A stretch of DNA of 63,609 nucleotides, counting the filler, from Cladosporium halotolerans (lineage: Eukaryota), in NCBI RefSeq assembly GCF_011745625.1. It is 42 parts of 42 records of this genome, joined end to end, with 100 filler letters (N's around TTAATTAATTAA, not from the genome) between each part and the next. Parts side by side here need not be neighbours in the genome. Positions count along the whole stretch, not along the records: positions 47,804 to 49,091 come from NW_027191847.1; positions 49,192 to 50,462 come from NW_027191848.1; positions 50,563 to 51,823 come from NW_027191849.1; positions 51,924 to 53,171 come from NW_027191850.1; positions 53,272 to 54,516 come from NW_027191851.1; positions 54,617 to 55,839 come from NW_027191852.1; positions 55,940 to 57,144 come from NW_027191853.1; positions 57,245 to 58,446 come from NW_027191854.1; 34 more parts are not named here. One strand, 5' to 3'. Positions within the stretch are counted from its first letter, which is position 1. Each line of letters begins with the position of its first letter. A model generated the notes under the pieces. The model had not been told where the DNA came from and did no database searches. It worked only from the letters and a program-made list of their open reading frames with translations. Made by a program: the position numbers and the translations under genes. This document shows positions 47,704-59,843 of this stretch, piece after piece.

Positions 47704-50582
47704 NNNNNNNNNNNNNNNNNNNNNNNNNNNNNNNNNNNNNNNNNNNNTTAATTAATTAANNNNNNNNNNNNNNNNNNNNNNNNNNNNNNNNNNNNNNNNN
47801 NNNTGCTTTACGCTGGGTCCAGCTGTACAGTACTATTCTCCACTCGCCATCTCAATCAGGTGCAGCGTTCGCCCACCCGTCTTGCAAGGTTTGCCCCAAA
47901 GAAGCCGCTCGGGGCCAACAATGTATTAACGCAAAGCGTTGGGCTTCCTGCCCTTGCCCACGTTTGTGACATTCTCAGCGGCGTTCGGCGTATTTTTCCA
48001 GCTGCTCCTTCAGGCTTTCCAGATAGGTCACGTACTCTTCTTTGTCGAAAGAATTGAGAGAGGCAGTTCGACAGGTGGAAGACGAAGAGGGAGGAGCGTC
48101 CTTTTTCGGTGATGGCTGGTGAAGATCTTGGGAACGTCTGTCTCCGTCTGAGGCTTGGAGGCTACCGCTAGCGATGCTTGCGGTCGGCCACCGATGCGCA
48201 TTTGCCGCGCGTGCCAGATGTTCATCTACCAGCTGGGCGGTGATCATGGTGTCTTTCCGTGTCGTGTCCGGGGAGTAGTGGGCTGTGTACGATGGTCTAC
48301 CGCTTGGATGGAGTCGGGTCTCAAAAAGGCGCAGCTCTGCTCTCTTTATACAATGTTCCGCAGTATTGTAACGCCGGCCCGAGGTGTCCGACACCAACGA
48401 GCATTCTGCTGCTACCGCTGAGGAAGCAGTCTCACTGGTGTCACTGCCCGGCAGCGCAGCTGCTTGATTGACTGCATGAGATTGCTGTGGTGTACGGTCC
48501 CCGGTTTTTTCCCGGAGCATCCCTCGCTGCAGCGGCTTCAGACCCCCCTTTCTTGCCATCTCAAACCGTCCTGCTGGTTCTACTGCGGTATGTCGCTCGC
48601 TCACTCCTGGTATCAGGCCCCTTCGCGGGTACGCTGCTTCATCAAGCCCCCCTACGCTCCCGTTTGCTTGATTCTCAGCCTGAACACAAGTCACTGGCTG
48701 GCCGCATTCCGGTACAAGTCTTAGACATGTCCAGAGCAGCGTTCTTCCGCATTCGCTGCCGGCGGTATCGCGACGGCCACAACCGTTACATTGCGACGCA
48801 ATCGCCTTGTCATGTCTGAAGGAGACAGCTGGAAGAAGTATGTCACTGTCGGTGCTACCGATCGCGTGGAGGCGTACCTCGCCCGCCAAGCTTGGTGCCC
48901 AGAACTCAGCGTGTCCCTACCCAAGCTCGTGGACTCCAGGGTGGTGCGGTACCCACCGACCTTTGAGTGGTACGCGCTACATTACATCGCCAAAGGGACG
49001 GGCAAATGGAATGACAGCATCCTCGCTTGGGGCCTGAACATCACAGTGCCCGACTTGCTCAAAGCACAAGAAGAGCTCGTCAGCCAGCTCGNNNNNNNNN
49101 NNNNNNNNNNNNNNNNNNNNNNNNNNNNNNNNNNNTTAATTAATTAANNNNNNNNNNNNNNNNNNNNNNNNNNNNNNNNNNNNNNNNNNNNAACCGCAAC
49201 AGTGGACGGTCAAAGGATAATTGCGCGCTCTGATCGAGCACAAGAATGTGTTTAGGGCCCTGCGTTGTATGATAGGTAGAGGTGACCGAATTCTGCCTTG
49301 ATGACATACAGTACCCCTCGCTCGAGCCATATTCTACTCCCGCATGTCATGTCCGCCTGTTATTTCATCCCTGTCATTCTCATCCCTGTCGTGCGCACGC
49401 TTGTGTCGGTCTGGCTGTCCGATTTCCGCAGAACCTCAGTCGTCAGTGGTCGTGGCGCTACCGACTTGTCGTAGTATGGCTGTTGCCCTTCTTTCCTTCT
49501 CTAAGTTTACCGACTTCTATAGATCGGAGTCGTCTCCAAATTCGAGTCTTCCTCGTCAGACGCATGTTGAAGATGGGAGCAGGCTTTCGATTGTTCCACA
49601 GCTGGTACTCCTCGTCGAAGAAGAACATGCACGGCTCGTCAAAGCATTCAGGGATATCGTGTGATTCGGTTGCTGTCGATGGTACGCGGTTTGGTCCTGT
49701 GCTTGTCAGCCGTGCACGTCTCGATCTGATTTGCTAAATAGCTGCCACAGACCCATCCTTCCGCTGATCACAGTGATGCCTTTTGTTGATGCTGGCAGAA
49801 GGCGGGAGACGAGAAATCGGATCGCTTCGTCGATAGCTCTTTGAGCTGCTCACCGGGTTAGTATCTCAAGGTGTGAAGTGCGAAGAATTCGATGCGGAGA
49901 AGGTGGTCGTGATTACATATAAAAGCAAGGTCTCGAGTGGGCGGTTCCAATTACTCAACCGTGCGTGCAATCCCCCAAGCGCACGTGCAAGGTGTAGTGG
50001 ATCTGGATCGTATGTTACCCAGTGACACGCCATCTTCTCAGCACTTCTTCTCCTGGGGTCAAACCCGCAGTCGCCATTCCATGGCTGCAGCGAGAGTACC
50101 ATGCGGTGGCATCGTTTTTGTAGGCAGATGTACAGTACGTCACGAATGCATCTCACCACTGTCATATGGCATCACTGTGCTTGTCACATGCGTGGAAACA
50201 GTTGTCGATTTACTTTCACCAAACGCGTGCCCAATGATTGAAGGCCTTTTTCGCCCACCAGACCCCAGGAGTCTTCTTTGTCCGCCGTGGGCCAACAACC
50301 ACACAATTTCCTGTCGACAATAGCCTTACGCAGGTCAAAAGAAACGCTTACTGCCAATGTGACATTCCTTGTTCTCATTTAGCATGACTGGCCAGATGCT
50401 TGTGTACTAGATGTAGATTAAGGAGCCCCTGCCCAGTGCGCGGCTGCAACTTTGTAACTCTCNNNNNNNNNNNNNNNNNNNNNNNNNNNNNNNNNNNNNN
50501 NNNNNNTTAATTAATTAANNNNNNNNNNNNNNNNNNNNNNNNNNNNNNNNNNNNNNNNNNNNTCTACAAAAACATCGATCTT

Positions 50583-51823
50583 TCATTCATCCAGCCAAGC
50601 TGGTCGTCGCAGTGTTCTACCGCTTCTAGATACTTTGCCTTTTCCGCGCTCATCATTGAGATATTCGGAAGTCGTTCCCGGCCTTGAACGCTCTGGCTGC
50701 TTTTCCGGGTGACCTTCAGATTTTCTTTCCAAAGCCGTCGACTTGTTTTGAAGTTGATTTTGGGCCCTTTTGGCTGCTCTCCCTCCAGCCGCAGCGGCCT
50801 TCTTCTGAGCCGTGGCTGTTCTCCTAGCCGCAGCAGCTGCCGCACGTTCTACACGCTTCCTCCGGGCTTCTTCCGCCTTTTGGTCCTTCAAATTGGCCTT
50901 CTCGCGACGCCTGAGCTCTTTCTCATGTTGTAGCTGTGCCTTCTCCCGCCCCCTGCGCGTTTGGAGTTCTTGAGCCCTGTGAATTCTTGTAGGACTCATG
51001 AAGAGGGCACCTGACCCTTCAGCAGCCCTAACCTCTTCCATAAGCACCTTGGCTCTCTTCCTCCGCTTCCTCTCGTGCCTCAGAGTGGCATCGAACTGCT
51101 TGTTCCGCAGTTCTACCAGTGTGAGCTTGGAAGAAAGTCGAAGTACCGTGTCGCCAAGCTTTTCGAGAGTTTTTTGCTCTTTCTGGTCACTTCGGGCCAC
51201 ACTGGCGTTCACAACCTTTCTGAGCCGTCTCATAGCCGATGGAGAATCAAAGCAACTGCCAGGACTGCTGCTGGATCGGCCTCCTGCTCCTGGAGGGTTT
51301 GGTGTGCTGTCTTGCATTCCATCAAAGGTCTTAGGCACCTTTTGTGGATCAAACGGCACGAGACCCGTTTCAACCAGCTGGAGGCTATGTTCTTGGTTGT
51401 GAAAGCTTTCTCAAAGGCTGGCCAGAATATTGAGAAGAGATCCCGCTTGCTGAGCCTAGTGTGGCCTTCTGACCGTCTGATGAGGTCGTCTAGGCCTTGG
51501 CTGTAGTAGGAGGATAAGGGAGCAAACATACCCACATCCAGAGGCTGCAGCCTGTGAGTGGAGTGAGGGGGATAGATGGCAACTAAAACCCTGCGGCTTT
51601 CACACCAATTCAGGAACTTCATGTTGAGATGCGAGCCGTGGCCATCGACAATGAGGAGCCGCCATGACCTCCTGGCTTTAGGAGAGGTTTCTTTATCAAA
51701 TAGGCCAGTCAACCAGCTGAAACCAAGCTCGTCGCTAGTCCAGCCACTCGGAGATGAGGTGAAATACGCGCTGTGTTCGGAAGCCTTGAAGCCCTCCAAC
51801 CACGTATCTTGAAGGTTGCCAGA
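50583..51823 (-). mobile_element. Fot1/pogo-family DDE_1 transposase, partial, frameshift near 51368
   Basis: Motifs SPSGWTSDELG, RLLIVDGHGSH and PPHSTHRLQPLDVG. SSWLK continues as TGLVPFDPQKV in another frame, followed by a basic coiled-coil tail. Confidence 0.93.
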
Positions 51824-51923
51824 NNNNNNNNNNNNNNNNNNNNNNNNNNNNNNNNNNNNNNNNNNNNTTAATTAATTAANNNNNNNNNNNNNNNNNNNNN
51901 NNNNNNNNNNNNNNNNNNNNNNN

Positions 51924-53171
51924 TGGAACGTGTTGCCGGCGGCGTATCCAGCTTGACTGACGTGACCCATGAGCCCAGCGACGGATCCCAGCATGACGAA
52001 GAAGTCGATGTCTTTGGGGAGGTGTCTGTGAAGATTCCAGGACCCTTGCACCTTCGCCCTCAGATTGGCTTGCCAATCTTCGAAGGTGAAGTTGTCGAAG
52101 ATTGCGTCCCGGTAGACCGTCGCTGCCTGAATGACGCCGCGAATGGGGGGCATTGTGCCAGCGCAATCGTCCAATGCGGCCTTCATGGAGCCGTCGTCGC
52201 CTATGTCGCAAGCGAGCACCTTCACCGCCACACCAACCTCTGCCATCTCCTTGATGAACGTCTCCGCTGAAGGAGAATCAAGCCCACCTCGTGAGAGAAG
52301 CGCGAGGTTGCGGGCTCCATGGTCGACGAGTAGCCGGGCGAGGCTTTGACCCAGCCCACCGAGGCCGCCGGCCAATACGTATGTCGCTTGCTCGCAAAGA
52401 TAAAGCTTGCGATTCACGCTTGGCGCTATTGGCACCATGTCCGCGTCGTCGAGCGACAGGATGACGCCTCCTCGAGTGCCCTGCTCTTGTTGACATTTCA
52501 GCGCGTCGGAGATACGGGCCGACTCAAACAGATCGAACGACGCTGCCAGCCCGGAAAGTTGCGGTAGGTAGTTCGCGGCGCGCGAGGCTGACTTTTGTAG
52601 CGACACAGGATCTTCAGGGAGGAGTGGTCCAACGCCCATGACAGATATGGTGTCTTCGCAGGACGGCGCGTCCTGGCCGGGCTCACTCGCCGCATGCACA
52701 TCGACCAGAGTACCGTGTTCCGCGACGCAATGCGAGAGTAGACACGGAGCCGACATACTTTTGGAGGTGCGTAAGACGACATCCAGTCCACGCTCACCGG
52801 CCAAAGTTTTCACTGCCTGTGGAAGGTCCATGTCGCCTTCTGTGAACACATTTGGCCGTGATACACCCAGAGAGACTATCTTGTCGGTTTCCGCTTTGTC
52901 GCGAGCAGTCGCGTATACCACGGCATCCAACGCCAGTGCCAGCAGCACTGAGGCCCTTCCGATCTTCGTGCCCGCGGTCTGGACGAGTACTGTCTGACCG
53001 GGCTTTACGCGCGCCACGTCTGTCAAAACGCGGAGGGCTGTTGCGAACGTTTTCGGAATGCAGGCCGCCTCCTCCATAATCGCACCTACTGGCACGACTT
53101 GGCAATATACTTCTTTCGCGATCACGCGAGTCGACAGAGGCCCGACGTAGGAGACACAGACCTGGTCGGCA
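51924..53171 (-). CDS. Highly reducing PKS fragment (degenerate ER plus KR)
   Basis: MEEAACIP..FATA, ER NADPH site LVQTAGTKIG, and KR motifs ATYVLAGGLGGLG, GVIQAA, KVQGSWNLH and QAGYAAGN. Confidence 0.93.
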
Positions 53172-53271
53172 NNNNNNNNNNNNNNNNNNNNNNNNNNNNN
53201 NNNNNNNNNNNNNNNTTAATTAATTAANNNNNNNNNNNNNNNNNNNNNNNNNNNNNNNNNNNNNNNNNNNN

Positions 53272-54027
53272 CAGCGGAATCTTCTCGCCTCCCTCGAAGC
53301 CCTCGCAGTCAATGTACATGACGGGGTGGCGATCGCCGACGCTGGCAGGGTCCGAGTAAAGATGCACGTCGCCGGAAGTGGGAATGCTGTCGTCAGCGAC
53401 GTTCCCGGCGACTGGGGATGGAAAGCCTCTGCCTCCATGCTCTGCATCCGCGAGAGAGATGAGCAGTTTGATCAGGGTTGACTTGCCGGCGTTTGTGACG
53501 CCGATGAAGGAGACGAGGCGAGGGAATTGCAGCGGTGCCGAGTCTCGTCTGCCGGCGCCTGCTGCGCAAAGAATCTCGTAGCGACCGTAGTCCTCCAGCA
53601 CCGGTCTCCCATACCTGTCGCGAACAACGCCGAACCATTTGGACGTTTTGTCCTTTTGGTGCAACCGCTCGACAACGTCGCTGGCGTTGGTCGTGTCAAA
53701 AACGCTACCGATTTTTCGAGCAACCATTGGGTGTACCTGCTCGTGTGGCGTGCGGTCTCTGTCTCCCTTGCCCGGTCTGTGGGGCACTTGTTGGTTCCAA
53801 CAGTCGCTACAAATGTGTCAGAATGCCCACACTTTGACCACTTTGCAGACGCCCGGCCAGTGACACATCGCCGTAGCTTACTCGCAGTACGTGCAGTAGC
53901 ACTTCGCGCAATACCACAATGGACTTGGCGAGCCCATGCAGTCTGCTCCCTCACAGACGAGCGGGACGTCCTCGTTGTCCTCGGTCGAGCTGGATGTCGA
54001 GCAACTGGTTCGAGGTTCGGCAGGCAT
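53272..54027 (-). CDS. P-loop NTPase protein with Cys-rich N-terminus (N-terminal part of the patatin-fusion family); intron 53807..53881
   Basis: Splicing GTAAGC..CTGAC..TAG gives WYCAKCYCTYCDDCWNQQVPH. Downstream motifs are KWFGV, Walker A GVTNAGKST, PTSGDVHLY and YIDCEGFEGGE. The start codon is uncertain. Confidence 0.75.
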
Positions 54028-54032
54028 GGCCT

Positions 54033-54074
54033 GTGTACCCTTGTACGGATGGAGTGTACCCTTGTACGGATGGA
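54033..54074. repeat. Perfect 21-bp tandem duplication GTGTACCCTTGTACGGATGGA
   Basis: Units at 54033..54053 and 54054..54074. Confidence 0.9.
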
Positions 54075-54418
54075 ACATGTTTCGCAATGCAGGCGTAGAC
54101 GGGTTCGCGACCTGTGTCCTTTCTGGATCCATTCGGACTTTATAGCTCAGTCGTCTCTCTCGCGCTCCGATGACAGCATCTAGGTTCGACGCGAGCCACT
54201 TCGCGAGCCGGATGATTGCAAAGGCCGGGCGAGTGGCAAGACTCCTTTGGGCCCGACATGAAAAGTCCCCGCGGGCGCCTCGTACATTAACGTCACCCTT
54301 GCATTGCCTTTTCTTCGGCAATCACACCACAGTAAAGCAATCTGGGTAATGGATGGATGCGGAACGGGAGCGGTCAAGACCTCGACTCGGATCACGAGAT
54401 ATTCATTCTGCGCTACGA

Positions 54419-54516
54419 TACCGTGCAGTTCCTCTTATGATTTTACAGCAATCGTTCCGCCTGCCCAGGACGTATCTGGACGACGCTCACTTCGTAGATC
54501 CCTGCCTCTCGTCCTT
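54419..54516 (+). mobile_element. Possible Tc1/mariner-superfamily terminus TA|CCGTGCAG...
   Basis: TA followed by CCGT starts exactly 98 bp from the contig end. No partner is seen. Confidence 0.4.
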
Positions 54517-55939
54517 NNNNNNNNNNNNNNNNNNNNNNNNNNNNNNNNNNNNNNNNNNNNTTAATTAATTAANNNNNNNNNNNNNNNNNNNNNNNNNNNN
54601 NNNNNNNNNNNNNNNNCGAGGATGGCCAACGCTCCAGATCGCCGTCTTTTGGTGGCTGCCCTGGTCATGCCGACGAGGGCCAACAATCACATGCAGGTGC
54701 CGCGCGTCCACGCTCAATTGCTCTACCGGGGTTTCTCCACCAGCAAAAGTCTTTCAGGTAGGCGGGCCTGACTTCCCTAAACTACACTCCGGCGTCGAGC
54801 TGTGTCGGGGCAGACGGCCCGGAAGCTTCAGGGCGGGCAACTCCGCCTTTGTCTGGCGGATTTGCTGCACTTTGGCGAGACTGATCCATTTCACGTGATT
54901 GGTTTTGCAAATTTACCTTCGCCTCTCTGACGGCGACCGCGGTTGAGTACACACCACGCAGTCCAAGGGCACTGTCGGTGTGGGCGGTTTCTCGTCTTGC
55001 TGCGCCTGCAACCTGGACGCTGACCACCTAACGCAACGCAGGATGTTTAGGAGCATTTAACCACTGAAATCCTGTTCAGTACTGTACTTTGGATCTCCAC
55101 ATACCGATTGCGGAACCTCGGTCCAGCGACGGCAACGAATATTGAGAGGATACCATGAGCAGCCAACCGATACAGTAAGTATGGTCTGAGAAGAGAATCA
55201 ACTCATTTAGCAGCCTTGTCCGGGGACCAAAACTTTAAAAATGATGTTTCAACCTCGAGACATCTCAATCGCTCAGCAAGCATAGCGGTATGTTTACGAC
55301 CACAGGTAACGCTACAAATTCTCTGTTGTCACCACCAATTGATAATATCCTGCCACTGGCACGACATCTTCAAGCGGACAGACTTGTCGTGCTGTATCCG
55401 CACCGGTTTATGGGACGCAGGCATTGCGGAGTTCTCAGGCTATTGACTTGTTTGTAGGCTTCAGGTCGAGACAAAGAGATGGATCGAGTTGGAGCAATGG
55501 TTTGTCAAGGCGGAGGATTCAATGACCAAGCGACTCTTCGGAGGAGGCTTGGGCAAACTTCTTTGTCTTCAGTGGCCTACGCAAGGATGAAATTCAGCGC
55601 GGAGTCCTGTGTCATGCGGAGGTTCAACGTGACTTACGGATCGCGTACGCATTGAGTATACCTCTTGTGCTCGCATTCGGGGCATAATTGGTTTTGCACA
55701 AGACTCGCCCTGCACCGTTCGCACGCCCACCGCACTCTTTGGCGCGTCTGCTTCTCGACTCTCTGCAAGGTTGGGCACTCCTGGAGGCTCTGTTCGTTTC
55801 TGTGATGAACCAAGGATAACAGCAGGTGCGTTCTCTCGTNNNNNNNNNNNNNNNNNNNNNNNNNNNNNNNNNNNNNNNNNNNNTTAATTAATTAANNNNN
55901 NNNNNNNNNNNNNNNNNNNNNNNNNNNNNNNNNNNNNNN

Positions 55940-56037
55940 TCATTCCCAGACATCCATGTTCATATCATGTCGGAATGATGAACATGACATGACGTAATGA
56001 ACATAATGAACATAATGGACTGTCGGTGTACTCTCTG
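55940..56037 (-). mobile_element. Other end of the CAGAGAGTACACCGACAGTC-TIR element, inserted in a LINE
   Basis: 20-bp match to 1575..1594, with ATGAACAT/GACATG repeats. Confidence 0.75.
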
Positions 56038-56063
56038 GTCTCGTCGTCGGGACTGGGGAACTT

Positions 56064-56976
56064 CTACGTGGTTCCCAGGAGTGATTTGATCATCGACCGG
56101 AGTTCTCTTATTGGACCGGGCAATCTTTGATCCCGAGGCAGTGGCTGGGGTGTGCTGACGTCCGAAGATATCGTCGTCACTTGTACCTGGTTAGTTTGGC
56201 CTGGGTCGGCTGCTGTTGCTTCCACTTCCATTTCTGCCTGATCCTCCTGTGCTTGATTTTCGTCTTGCTCGTGCTCTGTCTCCAACACCGGCGGGCTTCT
56301 TCGCATCTCTACTGGCATCGCCACCCGTGTCTGTCGCTGCGACCTCCTGTCTGGGCACTTTCGTGATGTTGCCACGTGGGATCCTTCGCAGTTCGCGCAC
56401 TTCACAACGCGGTGTTCACACGGCTCTGATGTCTTGCCTCATCCTTCGACGGCACAGTGGTGTTCACTTCCTGCGTGTTCGCCCGCGCAGACAAAGCACC
56501 GGGCCTCCTCCGTGCACGTGCCGAAGTGGTCGCGACCACAACAGCGCATGCACATCCTACCTTCTCCCCGCTCCCAGAACCTTTCGACTTCGTGACTTCT
56601 GCCGCCAAAAGAAAGGCCCTTGGCAAAGATAATATCCGCAACCTGTTTGCTTTTGACGGTCAAGACCAGTGTCGACCGCTTTATGCGCCCCTTCTCGAAC
56701 CGGTCACCCAGCGTATCGCCCTTCATCCATCGTGGCGCATACGGCAGCTGTTCTCCCGCCATCAATTCGATCTCTTCTTGCGCCAGATCCAATCCACCTT
56801 CAGTCATGTAGCGGTCCAGTGCGACACCATGCACACGCAGCTTGCGCCACTTTTCTGTCTTTTCTACGAAGGCGACTTCGGGGTCTAGTTTCTTCACGGC
56901 TGTCATCACGACCGTCGCGTAGTTAAGCAGCTCGTCAGCACATGCGTTCTGACTCACCACGCCGGTCAAGTTGCCC
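56064..56976 (-). pseudogene. LINE ORF1 (gag-like) remnant with in-frame stop at 56439..56441
   Basis: EKTEKWRKLRVHGVALDRY and the zinc knuckles align with 36363..37757. TGA replaces a Cys codon. Confidence 0.88.
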
Positions 56977-57244
56977 TAGCGCAAAGTCGAGGTTTTAGGA
57001 TTGAGGCAGTCTACCCACAATCCTTCAAAGCACGAAGGGTTCGTTCCTAAGTAGTATAACCAAACAACTCGACTCTTCAAACGACTCGACTCCACTTTCT
57101 GCGCCTCTCCGCCCGAAACACGTACCAAACGCTTCTATCAGTCCNNNNNNNNNNNNNNNNNNNNNNNNNNNNNNNNNNNNNNNNNNNNTTAATTAATTAA
57201 NNNNNNNNNNNNNNNNNNNNNNNNNNNNNNNNNNNNNNNNNNNN

Positions 57245-57343
57245 ATGTGTTTACGTCAAGATGTAATAGTGCGAAGGTGATGGTCACGACGCGAAAGCAG
57301 TGTGCACGAGCCAGGGATGTGCACGAGTCAGGGAAGACTTCTA
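57245..57343 (-). mobile_element. Transposon terminus TA|GAAGTCTTCCCTGACTCGTGCAC
   Basis: Absent from the homologous locus, where 22223..22224 is an empty TA. Contains tandem CCCTGRCTCGTGCAC. Resembles the terminus at 28601..28699. Confidence 0.65.
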
Positions 57344-57963
57344 GCTGGCGAAAGGGGATTGTCAGATTGCGATTAAGGCAGGAGACTCTGGTGGCGGCGA
57401 GCCTTGCCATTGAGTCGCCGGGGAGGAATGTCAACCTATGCAACTCTTCGTAAGGCGTTGTCCAAGGCCAAATGAAATGATGTCTTATCGACTACGACAG
57501 AGGGTCGGTGTGGCTGCGAATGCAACAGATTTAGTGTAAATCTGAGGTCAGAGGTTGGTCGCTGACACCGCTTACAGTACTATTTGCTCCTACCGAAGAA
57601 TGTAGCCGCGGAATCGCATCAGATTTGTTGCTGTGACCAGAGACCGCGACACAGGAGGTCTGATCTTGTCAACACACTACTACCGATAGACCTGTGGGTG
57701 ATCAGGATGGTCGGCGCTGAGAATATTCGCAGGGATGAGCGGACGGTCGAAATGAGCATAATCAGCCTCCCCAAGCCGGCGATTGCGGCTTTGCAAGGAT
57801 GCTTTCGGATAGACAGGTCGGTTGCATTCCATGAGCTTCCTGCACCGAGCCCTATCTTCCAGGGGTTGCTTCTTCCATCACAAATACCTCAAGACTAGGC
57901 CCCTGCTTCCTTTCTTTTCCACTACACAACGAGTTCGGCTCATCTTCCACAATCTTCAGCATC

Positions 57964-58446
57964 ATGAACGAGACATCGTACACGATCACTCATGCTGGCT
58001 ACCGCGTCTATCGCGAAGCAGCTCAATTCACGATCCTCGATGGAAGCGATGCAACCAAGAAATTGCCGGCCACAGACGGGATCTATGAGTCAACAGGTGT
58101 TCGTGTCGACAGTGGCAATGTGTGGTTAGGTGGCACACTTATGGTACGGAAGGGTCGAGCTCTGTGCTTCGCTGCAGCCTACGGCGACTATACCTTCATT
58201 CGAAGAGCAGGGAAAGATGTGATCGAAGTGGAGGGACCGGGCATAAGCGCACCCATGAAATGGGACTCGCCATTCCGAACCTCGACTCCCGGCTACAAGC
58301 ATGTCATCATGCAGGGGGCAATTATCGACGTTGGAGGAGAATGCATGGTACGTCAGGGAGCTCCTTTTGGACACGGCATCCAGATGCCCAATCTTCCGGC
58401 AGACACATCTTCCAATCACAACAACTCACGGCTCACCGATCTTCAA
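57964..58446 (+). CDS. Unassigned protein with internal repeats, in-frame copy (3' truncated by contig end)
   Basis: ATG at 57964, open to the contig end. Homologous to 22845..23326. Confidence 0.6.
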
Positions 58447-58546
58447 NNNNNNNNNNNNNNNNNNNNNNNNNNNNNNNNNNNNNNNNNNNNTTAATTAATT
58501 AANNNNNNNNNNNNNNNNNNNNNNNNNNNNNNNNNNNNNNNNNNNN

Positions 58547-59743
58547 GACGAGAAATGGCAACAGACCGCACGAGTACGCGGGCAGAAAGGTGCCTCTGAG
58601 GATCAAATTGCCAAAGTTGACTCTTGAAGAAGTCGAAGCTGCGGTTATAAAGTCCAAGTCCGACAAAGCACCTGGTCTGGACGAGATCACATTTCGCGTC
58701 TGGAAGGAACTCTGGCCGGTGCTGGGCAGTGTGGTTCTGAAGTTGTACCAGGCTTCACTTGACCTGAAGCACGTGCCACAGCGTTGGCGTACGGCCAAGA
58801 TCGTCGTGCTCCGCAAGCCGAACAAGCCCGACTACTCGAAGCCGAAGGCCTACAGACCTATATCACTGCTGGAAACCATCAGCAAAGGTCTCGAGGCTGT
58901 AGTCGCAAGAAGGCTGTCCTACCTAGCCGAGACCTACAGATTGCTGCCGGAGAACCATTTCGGTGGGCGGCCAAACAGGTCGGCAGAACAGGCGCTGAAC
59001 TTGCTGGTCGAGAAAATACACGAAGCGTGGCGGGTCTACAAGACCCTGTCGCTCGTGTCGTTCGACGTACAAGGCGCGTTCAACGGAGTGCATCCCTCGG
59101 TGCTGGCCGAGCGGTTACGTGAAAGAAGGATACCGGGCGACCTGGTGGCATGGATCGAAAGCTTCTGCAACGGACGGAAGGCTTCAGTCGTGGTAGGTGA
59201 CTACGAGTCTTCTGTACAGGACATCGAGCACGCAGGCATTCCTCAGGGCTCGCCGCTCTCTCCGATACTCTATGTCTTCTACAATGCGAACCTTGTACAG
59301 GGCAACATCAACAAGAGCGAGGGCTCCATCGGCTTCATAGACGACTACAACGCATGGGTGGCAGGGCCAAGCGCGGCAGAAAACACACGCAGGCTGCAGA
59401 CGCAGCTACTACCAAGGGCCGAGAAGTGGGCACGAGAGAGTGGCGCGGTCTTTGAAGCCGAGAAGACAGCCTTCATCCACTTCGTTCGGCCGCTGCAACC
59501 AGATCGAGGGCTATCGAACCACTTAGTGTTCAGCAACAGGACGATCGCACCAAAGCGCAGTGTGAAGATTCTAGGCGTCACACTCGACTCGGGACTGTCC
59601 ATGACCGAGCACGTGTCGAAGGCCGTAGCAAAGGCGATCGGTAGATGCATGGCACTGAGGAGAATCCGCGGTGTCCGGCCAGCGCAGATGCGCCAGATGT
59701 ACATGGCCGCCGTAGTGCCTACGACGGATTACGCCGCATCAAC
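58547..59743 (+). mobile_element. Tad1-like LINE reverse transcriptase fragment
   Basis: Motifs KAPGLDEI, YRPISLLETISKGLE, HFGGR, SFDVQGAFN, GIPQGSPLSP, GFIDD and ILGVTLD. Related to 42187..43506. Confidence 0.95.
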
Positions 59744-59843
59744 NNNNNNNNNNNNNNNNNNNNNNNNNNNNNNNNNNNNNNNNNNNNTTAATTAATTAAN
59801 NNNNNNNNNNNNNNNNNNNNNNNNNNNNNNNNNNNNNNNNNNN

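Noticed and set aside
47975..48889. 304-aa minus-strand ORF
   Set aside because: No recognisable domain and a competing plus-strand ORF, so it is left uncalled.
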